Origin: Terriglobia bacterium
GTDB taxonomy: Bacteria > Acidobacteriota > Terriglobia > Bryobacterales > Bryobacteraceae
Length of the DNA: 64,000 nucleotides
Direction of reading: 5' to 3'
Assembly (NCBI GenBank): GCA_963845785.1
Contig: CAWJTK010000014.1
Coordinates: 100 to 64,099 of the forward strand
The notes beneath the pieces were generated by a model that worked only from the letters and a program-made list of their open reading frames with translations, was not told the DNA's origin and made no database searches. Below, piece after piece: positions 48,097 through 57,575 of this stretch. How positions within the stretch are numbered: the stretch's first letter is position 1; each line of letters opens with the position of its first letter. A program made the position numbers and the translations under genes.

Positions 48097-49209
48097 ATGA
48101 AAGCCACAGTACAGGTCAGCCGCGGTATTGAGAGCCTTTTCGGCACGCGCGACGAGAATATCCGTTTGCTCGAAACCGGTTTGAGCGTTCACACGAGGTT
48201 AAGCGACGACTGCATTGAAATCGAGGGCGAACCCGAAGCCGTATCTCGTGCCGAGCAGATTCTTGCGGATTACTTCGCGCTCGTCCGCGAAGGCGTCGTC
48301 TTCAAGAACGGCGATCTCAACAGCCTTCTGCGCGTGGTGACAGCCGATCCCGAGGTCACCCTGCGTTCGCTTTTCAAGAGCGGGCAACAGCGCAGTTTCG
48401 GCAAAAAAGTTCTCGCGCCCAAGACGGTTACCCAGCGCCGCTATCTCGAAGCGATCGAGCGCAACGATCTCGTTTTCGGCATCGGCCCGGCGGGTACCGG
48501 CAAGACCTACCTTGCCGTCGCCATGGCGATTCAGGCGCTCATTAGCAAGCGCGTGTCCCGCATCATTCTGACCCGTCCGGCCGTCGAAGCGGGTGAAAAA
48601 CTCGGCTTTCTGCCCGGCAGTCTGCAGGAAAAAATCGATCCGTACCTGCGGCCTCTCTACGACGCGCTTTACGACATGCTCGAATCCGACAAGGTGGAAA
48701 AGCTGCTCGAACGCGCCTCGATCGAAGTCGCGCCGCTCGCCTTCATGCGCGGCCGCACGCTCAACGACAGCTTCATCATTCTCGACGAAGCGCAGAACAG
48801 CACCTCCGAGCAGATGAAGATGGTGCTCACGCGCCAGGGCTTCAACTCAAAAATGGTCGTGACCGGGGACATCACGCAGATCGATCTTCCCAACGGCCGG
48901 CGCTCCGGCCTGCTCGACGCGGTCGAGATCCTGAAGGGCGTCGAAGGCATTTCATTCGTCCAGTTCGACGAGCGGGACGTGGTTCGGCATAGTCTCGTCC
49001 AGCGCATCGTGCGCGCTTACGAGAAATACAACGAGGGAATCGCCGGACGGCAGCTCTCGCTCAGACTCTCCGATGGAACTCCGCTCGAAGCTGCCGCGGA
49101 ACAAACCCGCGCGGAGCAAACCCGGGCGGAACAAACCAACGCGGAACAAATCCCCGCGGAACAAATCCCCGCGGAACAAACGAGCCCGGAACCCGTTCAG
49201 GCGGCATAA
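48097..49209 (+). CDS. phoH: PhoH family ATPase (YbeZ-like) with repeat-bearing C-terminal tail
   Basis: It has Walker [13 protein letters not shown], plus [18 protein letters not shown] and IILDEAQN. The tail is [30 protein letters not shown]. Confidence 0.9.
   Translation: MKATVQVSRGIESLFGTRDENIRLLETGLSVHTRLSDDCIEIEGEPEAVSRAEQILADYFALVREGVVFKNGDLNSLLRVVTADPEVTLRSLFKSGQQRSFGKKVLAPKTVTQRRYLEAIERNDLVFGIGPAGTGKTYLAVAMAIQALISKRVSRIILTRPAVEAGEKLGFLPGSLQEKIDPYLRPLYDALYDMLESDKVEKLLERASIEVAPLAFMRGRTLNDSFIILDEAQNSTSEQMKMVLTRQGFNSKMVVTGDITQIDLPNGRRSGLLDAVEILKGVEGISFVQFDERDVVRHSLVQRIVRAYEKYNEGIAGRQLSLRLSDGTPLEAAAEQTRAEQTRAEQTNAEQIPAEQIPAEQTSPEPVQAA
49096..49185 (+). repeat. In-frame 15-bp tandem array x6 (GCGGAACAAAYCNNN, encoding AEQ[T/I][R/N/P/S]) in the phoH 3' end
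   Basis: The units start at 49096, 49111, 49126, 49141, 49156 and 49171. Units 4 and 5 are identical. Confidence 0.85.
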
Positions 49210-49227
49210 TCGCCTGACCGGCAGAAA

Positions 49228-49686
49228 ATGAAATCCGACCCACTGATAACTTACCGGCGGAAGCCGGCCACGCTCGACACCGCAAGCCTGGAGTCCTTCG
49301 CTGAAACCCTGCGCCACCGTGTAGCCCGCGGGCGCGAATTCCATTGCCGCATCACCAACGATGCTGAACTTCAAGCTCTCAATGCGCGCTTCCTCGGCAA
49401 TGACTATCCGACCGACGTTTTGTCGTTTCCCTCCGGCGCCGAATCGGCGCACGCGGGCGACATCGCGATCTCCCTCCAGCGCGCGCGCGCCCAGGCCCGA
49501 GACTGGAACCACACTCTCGAAGACGAGATCCGCATTCTCATGCTGCACGGCGTGCTGCATCTTCTCGGTATGGACCACGAATCCGATAACGGCCGGATGC
49601 GCAACGCCGAGCTTCGCTGGCGCCGAAAATTCAGACTACCCAATGGATTGATCGAGCGCGCCGACGATGAGGCTATTCGGCAATGA
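49228..49686 (+). CDS. ybeY: rRNA maturation endoribonuclease YbeY
   Basis: It has the zinc motif HGVLHLLGMDHE. Its stop overlaps the next start (ATGA at 49683-49686). Confidence 0.92.
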   Translation: MKSDPLITYRRKPATLDTASLESFAETLRHRVARGREFHCRITNDAELQALNARFLGNDYPTDVLSFPSGAESAHAGDIAISLQRARAQARDWNHTLEDEIRILMLHGVLHLLGMDHESDNGRMRNAELRWRRKFRLPNGLIERADDEAIRQ

Positions 49687-50956
49687 TCATCGCCGCCATC
49701 ATCATACTGCTCGTGCTGGTGACGTTGTTCACCGCGATCCAGACGCTTTACCTCGAAGGCATGCGGCTGCGCACCCGCGATCTCCCTCACTGCAGTACTT
49801 CAAGTCCACCCTGGAACCACGCCTGAATCTTCGCTCCGAAGAAGGCGCGCTCACGTTTTCCCTTTGGAAGCACACCTCTCTTGTCGTTTTCGGCATACTT
49901 GTGCTGGCCGAGGTAATTGACGGAGGCCCTCTTTCACTCCCGGAGCTGCTGGAGAGCATGGCCGTCGCGTGGCTCCTGATGATCCTTGCCGCTTATCTGA
50001 TTCCCCAATTGCTCTTTCGCCGGACCTCCTGCCACTGGCTCACGGCGCTCCTGCCGTTTTATTCCGGAGCCTCTCTGGTCGCGCGGCCGCTCGTACTTGC
50101 CTTCGGCTTCATTCACTCCCTGCTCGATATCACGACGCCGGAAGAGAAGCGCGACGAACCCGCGACCTCGGCGGAAAACATCGAAGCCCTGATCACCGCC
50201 GGTACCGAAGAGGGGCTGATAGAGGAAGACGACCGCAAGCTGATTCAGTCCGTAGTCGCGTTCGGCGATAAAGTTGTGCGCGAAGTCATGACGCCGCGCC
50301 CGAACATGGTTGCGATTCAGGCCGACGAATCGCTCGAAGCCCTTCGGGAACTCGTGGTCAACGAACAGTATTCGCGCATCCCCGTCTTCCAGACCTCGAT
50401 TGACGACGTGATCGGCTTCGTTCATGTGCGCGACATGTTCGAAGTCCCGGAGAGCGATCGCCTCACGCGCACGGTGCGCGAGCTGATGCGGCCCATCCGG
50501 TTCGTCCCCGAAACCAAGCCCGTCAACGATCTGATGCGCGAGATGCAGCAGGAAGGCGCGCACATGGTGATCGTGGTCGACGAATATGGCAACACCGCGG
50601 GCCTCGCCACCATGGAAGATCTGGTCGAAGTGATTCTGGGCGAGATTCGCGACGAGCACGAACCGGGTTCTGACGTCACCGAAGATGGTCATGGGGGCTA
50701 CATCGTCTCCGGCAATTTCGACATCGCGCGGATACGCGATATGCTCGATTTCAAACCCGAGGAAGAGATCGAATCGACGACCATCGGGGGTCTCGTGACC
50801 GAATGGCTGGGCCGCGTTCCTTCGCCGGGGGAAAGCGTGGTGCGCGACGGCATACGCGTCGAAGTTCTGGCGAGCGACGAGATGCGCGTGGAACAGGTGC
50901 GCCTGAGCAAAGCCGAGCCGGTGGAAAAAGAGGAACAGGCTGTGAACAAAACATGA
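49683..50956 (+). pseudogene. Hemolysin-family / CorC-type protein (DUF21 TM + CBS pair + CorC_HlyC), with a -1 frameshift near the 5' end
   Basis: The ATG at 49683 gives MIIAAIIILLVLVTLFTAIQTLYLEGMRLRTRDLP. The frame then switches at the C run 49784-49786 to SLQYFKSTLEPRLN... The rest is intact (MTPRPNMVAIQ, CBS, EDLVEVILGEIRDEH). Confidence 0.82.
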
Positions 50957-52013
50957 CCCCTAAAAAATTCGTATCCGGCTTCGTCTCCATTCTCGGCCGC
51001 CCCAACGCCGGCAAATCGACGTTGTTAAATGCGCTCGTGGGGCAAAAGGTCGTCCATCGTGGCGGACAAGCCGCAGACCACGCGCACCGCCATTCAGGGC
51101 GTTCTGACGACGGCTGAAGCGCAGGTGATATTCATCGATACGCCGGGCATTCACAAATCCGACAGCGCCATCAATAAACGCATGATGGACGCCGTGCGCG
51201 CGTCGCTCGAAGAGCGCGATCTGTTCATCTACGTGGTCGATGCCGCCAAACCCTTCGGCGAAGGCGACGAAAAAGCGCTAAGCATCCTCCGCCGTGATCG
51301 TAAGCAGAGCAGCCTATGTGGGGCCAGGGCTTCCGGCCTGCCGCCGAGCTTCCGCTCGGCGCGGAGCTTTACGCCAGTACCGGTAGCGCCGGCGATCTTG
51401 TCGCCGGTAGTCGCACGGACCGCGTCATCAGCGGAGCGACCGCACCCCCGTAATTTTCGCCCTGAACAAAATCGACGCCCTGGCCGCCAAACACGAAATG
51501 CTGCCGCTGCTCGAGGAATACCGGAAGCGCTACGATTTCGACGCATACTTGCCGATCTCGGCCGCAACCGGCGAAGGGCTCGACGAACTGCGCGACGAAG
51601 TCATCCGCCGCCTGCCCGAAGGGCCCGAATATTTTCCCCGCGACCACTACACCGACCAGCCCGCGCGCTTCCTCGCCGCCGAATTGATCCGCGAAAAAAT
51701 CCTGCACGCCACCCGCCAGGAAGTGCCGCACTCGGTCACCGTCCTGATCGAAAAGTGGGAAGAACTGCCGCGCCTGATCCGCATCTTCGCCACCATCCTG
51801 GTGGAGCGTGAGGCCAGAAGGCCATCATCATCGGCTCGAAAGGCGCAATGCTCAAGCAAATCGGCACTCAGGCGCGGCGAAGAAATGGAAGCTTTGTTCG
51901 ATACGCACATCTATCTCGACCTGCACGTGAAGGTGGAAAACGACTGGCGCGAGAAGGCCGCGTATCTCAATGCGCTCGATTGGCGTACAATGGCCGGAAG
52001 AGATGAAACATAA
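50953..52013 (+). pseudogene. era: GTPase Era, disrupted by a 142-bp repeat insertion plus three indels
   Basis: It has G1 [16 protein letters not shown], then [16 protein letters not shown], and a KH-domain end VHLDLHVKVENDW-like. Frame changes occur at 51049-51055 (+1), 51301-51442 (insert), about 51812 (-1) and about 51880 (+1). The start overlaps the corC stop (ATGA). Confidence 0.85.
51301..51442. mobile_element. Copy E: 142-bp structured repeat (REP/BIME- or RPE-like) inserted in era
   Basis: It has two hairpins, GCCGAGC-TTCC-GCTCGGC (51343-51360) and CCGGCGA-TCTTG-TCGCCGG (51389-51407). It is flanked by GATCG / GACCG. Deleting 51301-51442 gives ...ILRRDRTPVIFALNKID... in frame. Confidence 0.6.
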
Positions 52014-52301
52014 GCGGATATTCCTTCCCGTCGTACTGTTTTTTACTGTTCCTCGCCGCGACTTCTGCAGCAAGCAAACCCGTTTCCGACGATTTTCTGG
52101 TCGACACCATCCGTCAAAAACTGGCTGCGGACCAGGTCGTGAAAGGCGGCGCCATCGAAGTCGACGTCAAGGATGGCGCCGTAGTTCTCAAAGGCAAAGT
52201 CGAAGAAGAGAAGCAGAAGAGCAAGGCTGAGAAGATCGCGAAAAGAGTCAAGCGGCGTGAAGAGCGTCGACAACGAGTATCCAGATCGCTCGCACCCCTG
52301 A
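52003..52301 (+). pseudogene. BON domain protein (small secreted/periplasmic), with two +1 frameshifts
   Basis: The pieces are MKHKRIFLPVVLFF | LFLAATSAASKPVSDDFLVDTIRQKLAADQVVKGGAIEVDVKDGAVVLKGKVEEEKQKSKAEKIAKRVK | GVKSVDNE... The joins are at the T6 run at about 52041-52046 and at about 52253. Confidence 0.7.
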
Positions 52302-52305
52302 TCCG

Positions 52306-53154
52306 TATGCTCTTCGTTGCAGGATACTCCCGGCAGTTACGAAGCTGAAAAGATCGCGAGCAACCTGCAGTTCGTCGACGGCCTCGCGTGGTCTCGCTCG
52401 GGATTTCTGGCCGTCGGCCGACGTCCGGCAACGCAAGATTTACAAGCTCGACTTCGTCGCCGCATCCCGAAGTCCTGCGGGAAGACAACGATGGCGGCGC
52501 CTCCGGACTGGCCTACGATCTCGCAGGGCCGTTTGTACATCTGCGAATCGGAAGCCCGCCAGCGTCACGCGCCTCGATCAGAACGGCGAAATCGAGACGC
52601 TCGCCGCAGGATTATCAGGGAAAGAAATTCAATTCGCCGAACGATATTGTGGTTCGCAGAGACGGGCACGTCTATTTCACCGATCCGGCCTTCGGCAGCG
52701 CGAACGATCACCGCGAACTCGATTTCTACGGCGTCTGGCACATCGCGCCGAAGGCGATCATCGAAGTGGTGGCGAAGTGGCAGACGCGCCCCAACGGCAT
52801 CGCGCTTTCGGCCGATGGCAAGCTGCTTTACGTGACCGATTCCGACCGTCACGCCGTCGTCGCCTTCGATCTCGATCGCAATGGCGCAGGCTGCGAACCA
52901 GCGCGATTTCGTCAAAAACATCGCGGGCGTTCCCGGCGGCATCAGGACCGATGTGGAGGGCCGCCTCTACGTGGCCGCGAAGGGCGTTGCGATATATTCG
53001 CCGAAGGGCAGACTGCAGCGCACGCTATCTCGAACCGAGTACACGCTCGAACTGCGCGTTCGGCGAAGGCGACCTCGAATCGCTCTTCATGTCGTCGCGC
53101 GCGGCAAGTGTCTTCGGAGTGAAGATCGGCGTCAAGGGAGCGTTGCAGTATTAG
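52306..53154 (+). pseudogene. SMP-30/gluconolactonase/LRE family protein, with at least 7 successive +1 frameshifts
   Basis: The reconstructed protein reads EKIASNLQFVDGLAW...ADVRQRKIYKLD...EVLREDNDGGASGLAYD|SQGRLYICESEAR|RVTRLDQNGEIETLA|YQGKKFNSPNDIVVRRDGHVYFTDPAFG...PNGIALSADGKLLYVTDS...|VPGGIRTDVEGRLYVAAKGVAIYSPKG|CAFGEGDLESLFMSS. The frame cycles 0,1,2,0,1,2,0,1. Confidence 0.78.
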
Positions 53155-53581
53155 CCGCCGCTATCCCGGAACGGCCCATCCTCGGCGTGGGCGCGCTCAT
53201 CATCGAAGGCGACCGGATCCTGCTCGTCGAGCGCGGCCGCGAACCCCTGAAAGGCTGGTGGTCGCTGCCGGGCGGCGTTGTCGAAACCGGCGAGACGGCT
53301 CGAAGAGGCGCTGCGCCGCGAAGTGCGCGAAGAGACCGGCCTCGAAGTCGAGATCCTCGGCCTGCTCGAAATCTTCGAGCGCATCATGCGCGATGACAGC
53401 GGGCAGCCCGGAATATCACTACGTGCTGATGGATTACCTGTGCCGCCCCGCGGGCGGAACTCTGCTGCGCGGCGGACGATGCGAGCCGGGTCGCATGGGT
53501 CGCGGAGCCGGAACTGCGGAGCTCTGCAGATCACCGAAGGCACTCCCGGCCGTGATCGCGAAGGCTTTTCGCGGAAACTAG
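53151..53581 (+). pseudogene. NUDIX hydrolase, with five successive +1 frameshifts
   Basis: The Nudix box is split across frames: GWWSLPGGVVETGE | LEEALRREVREETGLEV. It continues EYHYVLMDYLCRPAGG | DDASRVAWVAEPEL | LQITEGTP | AVIAKAFRGN. The start codon is uncertain. Confidence 0.72.
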
Positions 53582-56019
53582 TGAGTGTGAAGTTCACCAG
53601 CGCTGAAGCGCTCGAGTGGGAGCAGGTCCGTGCCCTCGTTGCCCGCTATATCGGCAGCCCGCTGGGAGCCGCTGAGCTGGCGAAGCTCGAGCCCGGCGAC
53701 GACCGCGAAAGCTTGCAGCGCGATCTCGCCGAAGCCGGCGAAGCGATCCACTACATTCGCGCTCGGCACTCCGCGCCCGCAGCCGGAACGGTGCGCGAGC
53801 CGGCAGCAGCGCGATCCGGATCAATCTCAACGGTCTGCCCGACATCACCGTCACGATTCAGAAACTGCACATCGAAGGCGCGGCGCTCGAACCGCGCGAA
53901 ATCTTCGATCTGATCGCGTTCCTCGATCGCGCCGCCGACGCCGCATCGTTTCTCGCTGCCGCTCGCCGAACGATTCCCGCTGCTCGGCGAAACGCGCGCG
54001 GCGGCATCGGCGATTTCCGGCCGCTGCTCAAGGAAGTCGAGGGCAAGATTCAGGCGGACGGAACCGTTCTCGACAGCGCCAGCCCGCATCTCCATCGTCT
54101 CCGCCGCGAGATCGAGAAGCAGAAGAAGGGCATTCAGGAATCGCTCGAACGCTTCCTCCGCGCCAATCGCAACGAAGGCGTGTTGCAGGAAGAGTACATC
54201 ACCATTCGCAACGAGCGTTACGTGGTGCCGGTGATCTCCGGGCAGCGCCGCAAACTGCCCGGCGTGATTCACGGCGCGAGCTCCACCGGTCAGACGCTGT
54301 TCCTCGAGCCTCTCGAAACCATCGACCTCAACAACGAACTCGTGCGTCTCCAGGAAGAAGAGATCGCGCGAAGTGTTTCGCATCCTGCGCGAGCTGACCG
54401 GGCGCCTCCGCGTCTACGGCGACGCCGATTCGCGCCGCGGCCCAGGTGATGGCGACGCTCGATCTGATTTTCGCGAAGGCAAGATTCGCAGCGGATTTCG
54501 ACTGCGTGCATTCCGGTCTTCGGCGAACGCTTGCATCTCGAAAACGCCCGCCATCCGCTGCTGATCGACGTCTTGCGCAAAAGCCGCAAACGCGTCGTTC
54601 CCTTTGCGCTGACTCTCGATCGCGAACTGCCGCACGCTCCTGATCAGCGGCCCGAACACCGGCGGCAAGACCGTAACGCTGAAGACCGTCGGCGTGATCG
54701 CGCTGATGGCGCAGGCCGGTCTTCCGGTTCCGTGCTCCGCCGCCGAACTTCCGCTCTTCGAACAGGTGCTGGCCGATATCGGCGATAACCAGTCGATCGA
54801 GCAGAATCTCAGCACCTTCTCCGCGCATGTGTCGCGACTCCGCGAAATGGCTCTCGATGTCACGCCCGATTCACTCGTGCTGCTCGATGAAATCGGCTCC
54901 GCCACCGATCCCGAGGAGGGCGGGGCGTTGGGCGTCGCGCTGGTCGATCACTTTCGCGCGGCGGGCGCGTTCACGCTCGCCTCCACGCACCTCACGGCGC
55001 TCAAGATCTACGGCGCGAATACAAAGACGGTGCTGAACGCGTCCATGGGCTTCGACGAGCAAACGCTGGAGCCCACTTATCAGCTGCAGATCGGACTGCC
55101 AGGCAAATCCGCCGGTCTCGATATCGCGGCGCGGCTTGGCATGCCCGAAGACATCATGAAGCGAGCGCGTGCATCCCTGAGCACGCAGGAGATCGAGCTT
55201 TCGACGCTCATCGCCAACCTGCACAAGCGCATGGCGCAAACCGGCGCCCTCGAAGCGTCGCTCGAGCGGGAGCGAGCCGCGCTGGTGGAGCGAGAGAAGC
55301 AGATCGTCCAGGAGTGGGAGCGGAAAGAAACAGCTAAGTTGCGCGAACTGGAAAGCCGCTTCGATGAGATGCAAAGTCGCTGGCAAGAGCGGGGCGATGA
55401 AACGCTCTCGCGCATTTCCGAAACCGCGGAACGCCGCAAGGCAGTCGACGAAGCGCACCGCCAGACCGCCCGCGTCAAACGCGAGATGCGCGAAGACTGG
55501 GAGAAGATCGTCCCGCAACCGAACCATACCGCAACCGTCTCGCGCTTCAAAATCGCAGAGGGAACGCGGGTCCGGCTGAAAGGCATCCGCGAGCCCGCCC
55601 GTGTACGCCGAATACTCAGCGACGGCAAGTTCGAAGTGGAAGCCGGGTTCATGAAGATGCAGGTTTCGACAGGCGACATCGAAGAGGTGCTGCCCGATAT
55701 CGTTGGTCCTGTTTCAACGAAGCCGAAACTGCCGAAGAATGTGCGCTATCAATCCGGTCCCGAACTAAGCCCATCGGTCCAGGAAATCAACGTGATCGGC
55801 GAGCGCGAAGCGGAAGCAGTCGAGCGGGTCGAGCGTTTTCTCGACTCAGCCGTCATGGCCACCGCCGCGCGCGTCCGCATCGTACACGGCCACGGTATGG
55901 GCATCCTCAAACGCGCGATCCAGGAAGTGCTGAAGAACAGCCCCCACGTCGAGAAGTTCTATCCGGCGTCCCAGTTTGAGGGCGGCGCGGGCGCCACCAT
56001 AGCCGAACTAAAGGACTAA
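53581..56019 (+). pseudogene. mutS2: Endonuclease MutS2 (MutS domain V ATPase + Smr), with multiple frameshifts in the first 1.06 kb
   Basis: From about 54640 the gene is intact: LLISGPNTGGKTVTLKTVG, LLDEIGSATDPEEG, and the C-terminal Smr domain VRIVHGHGMGILKRAI. The upstream pieces (LEWEQVRALV, INLNGLPDITV, LAERFPLLGE, DSASPHLHRLRREI, NERYVVPV, EVFRILRELTG, MATLDLIFAKARFA, LENARHPLL) lie in alternating frames. Confidence 0.85.
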
Positions 56020-56056
56020 AAAAGCGACCAGCGGGATTGTGGGGCGACCCCCGGTA

Positions 56057-56074
56057 GCCGACGCCCTCGTCGGC
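56057..56074. terminator. Hairpin GCCGACG-CCCT-CGTCGGC between convergent mutS2 and the DUF4337 gene (no T tract)
   Basis: It has a 7-bp perfect stem read directly. It is preceded by CCGGTAG, as in the repeat family. A terminator role is inferred from position only. Confidence 0.35.
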
Positions 56075-56124
56075 ATCCACGGAGTGGGGATCCGCCGCCG
56101 TCAACAGCGCCAATGGAGAACCCG

Positions 56125-56808
56125 CTACGCCCGCGGAAGCATAAAGATCCGGTAGAGCGGAAAACACAGCAGCAGTATGGAGAATACCGCCAGTGCAACC
56201 CGCACACCATGGACCTTGAACCGCTGGCTGATCGCCGTCAGCAGCAGCACTGTCGCCAGTGTCACTGTCACTCGGACGTAGTCGTCGGAGTGCTTTCGGG
56301 CCATATCGCCCTCTTCAAAAACGGCCGAGGCCTGGTCATTCAGTTTGGCTGCGCCTTCTGTCCTCGAACTGCGGTATTCCTTCATCAATTGAGGGCCGGC
56401 CGGAGCTTCCGGATTATTGAGCGGGTCCGTCTTCTTCCAGGCCTCAAATGCGGGACGAAATTCAGGCAGGAATCGCCTTTCAAACAGCCTGGAGAGCTTC
56501 TGATCTCCCTGCGCTTCTGCTTTCAGCCACTCGACCACAGTGGCGGCATTGTATATGCGCTCTTGATCCGCTGCTGCCGCAACCCCCTCGGCTTGAATGC
56601 GAAACTTGCTGGATTGTCCGTAAAGTTTCGCTTGCTCTCCGGTCCAGAGAGCCGCCTGATATCCACTCCATGCTGTGGCGATCGCTACGATCGCGAGTAC
56701 GATGGCTTCCGCGATCTCCAAAGTCTCATGCGCGTGCGTTCGCGAGGAACTTTTGTGTTCGCTCAGATGGTGGGCTACCTCGATATTGGAACCTGCGCCT
56801 TCTGCCAT
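56125..56808 (-). CDS. DUF4337-like membrane protein
   Basis: It starts MAEGAGSNIEVAHHLSEH...HETLEIAEAIVLAIVAIATAWSGYQAALW and has a C-terminal TM helix (VRVTVTLATVLLLTAISQRF). This architecture is typical of DUF4337. Confidence 0.7.
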   Translation of the reverse strand: MAEGAGSNIEVAHHLSEHKSSSRTHAHETLEIAEAIVLAIVAIATAWSGYQAALWTGEQAKLYGQSSKFRIQAEGVAAAADQERIYNAATVVEWLKAEAQGDQKLSRLFERRFLPEFRPAFEAWKKTDPLNNPEAPAGPQLMKEYRSSRTEGAAKLNDQASAVFEEGDMARKHSDDYVRVTVTLATVLLLTAISQRFKVHGVRVALAVFSILLLCFPLYRIFMLPRA

Positions 56809-57575
56809 AAGGACCCTCCTGGCCGTGCCTGCTCTTTGCCGCTATCGCTGGATAGCGGCACCAATTTGCGGTTTCCCGCGTTCCGTGTAACGCGGAACTG
56901 CCATGTTACCGCGCTCCCGGCTCAGGATCCCACGGCGAGCGAATCAGCGCATTCCGATCGATGGAGGACCCGACAGTAGCCAGGCTGTTGGGCGAATGGT
57001 CCAGTTGCGTCAGGGTACGTGTCCCTGGCTTTACCGGCACCGCCCGGTATGGGACATACTTATGCTCTTTCTACTGCTCAGCGGTACCAGTCTCTGTGTT
57101 ACGGCAGTTATCTTCGGATGGCAGGTGATCGCACGCAAGCTGCCGCAGACGGGAGCCCGCCGTATACGAGGAGCGGTCTGACTAGTCACCCAAGGCGTTC
57201 GGAGTGTGCGGTATCTCCACAAACACGACCAGAAGCACGCTCTCCGACCCCCAAACGGTTAGCGATGTAAACGTTATCCGGATCGTCAGCAAGTACCGGA
57301 AACATGATTCTCATGGTTGCGTAGAGTACGATCATTCGCCAGTCGAAGGTTCTCCTTCAGTTCCCAGTACAAAATGCTTTGAGATCGTGTAAGAGCTCTG
57401 CGGAACAATAGCTCGTCCAACAATTCAAGCAGGTTGGTACCTCGTCGCGTGTGCGCCGATCGCTGATTGGGGAGTGGTTTGGAATCAAACGAGCCGCAAG
57501 CCAGAGTGCGTAGCTTTAGCTGAAAGCGCCAGATTTACATCTCACCTCGGTGATCGGATGGAAGGCGGCAGGTCG

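Noticed and set aside
51301-51442. Intron or intein interpretation of the era insertion
   Set aside because: At 142 nt it is far too small for a group I or II intron or an intein. It is not a multiple of three, and it shares sequence with intergenic repeats. A repeat-element insertion or an assembly artefact is more likely.
54694-56019. Independent 441-aa MutS2 C-terminal gene
   Set aside because: The Walker A motif and all upstream MutS2 blocks are present immediately upstream in other frames. This is one gene with frameshifts.
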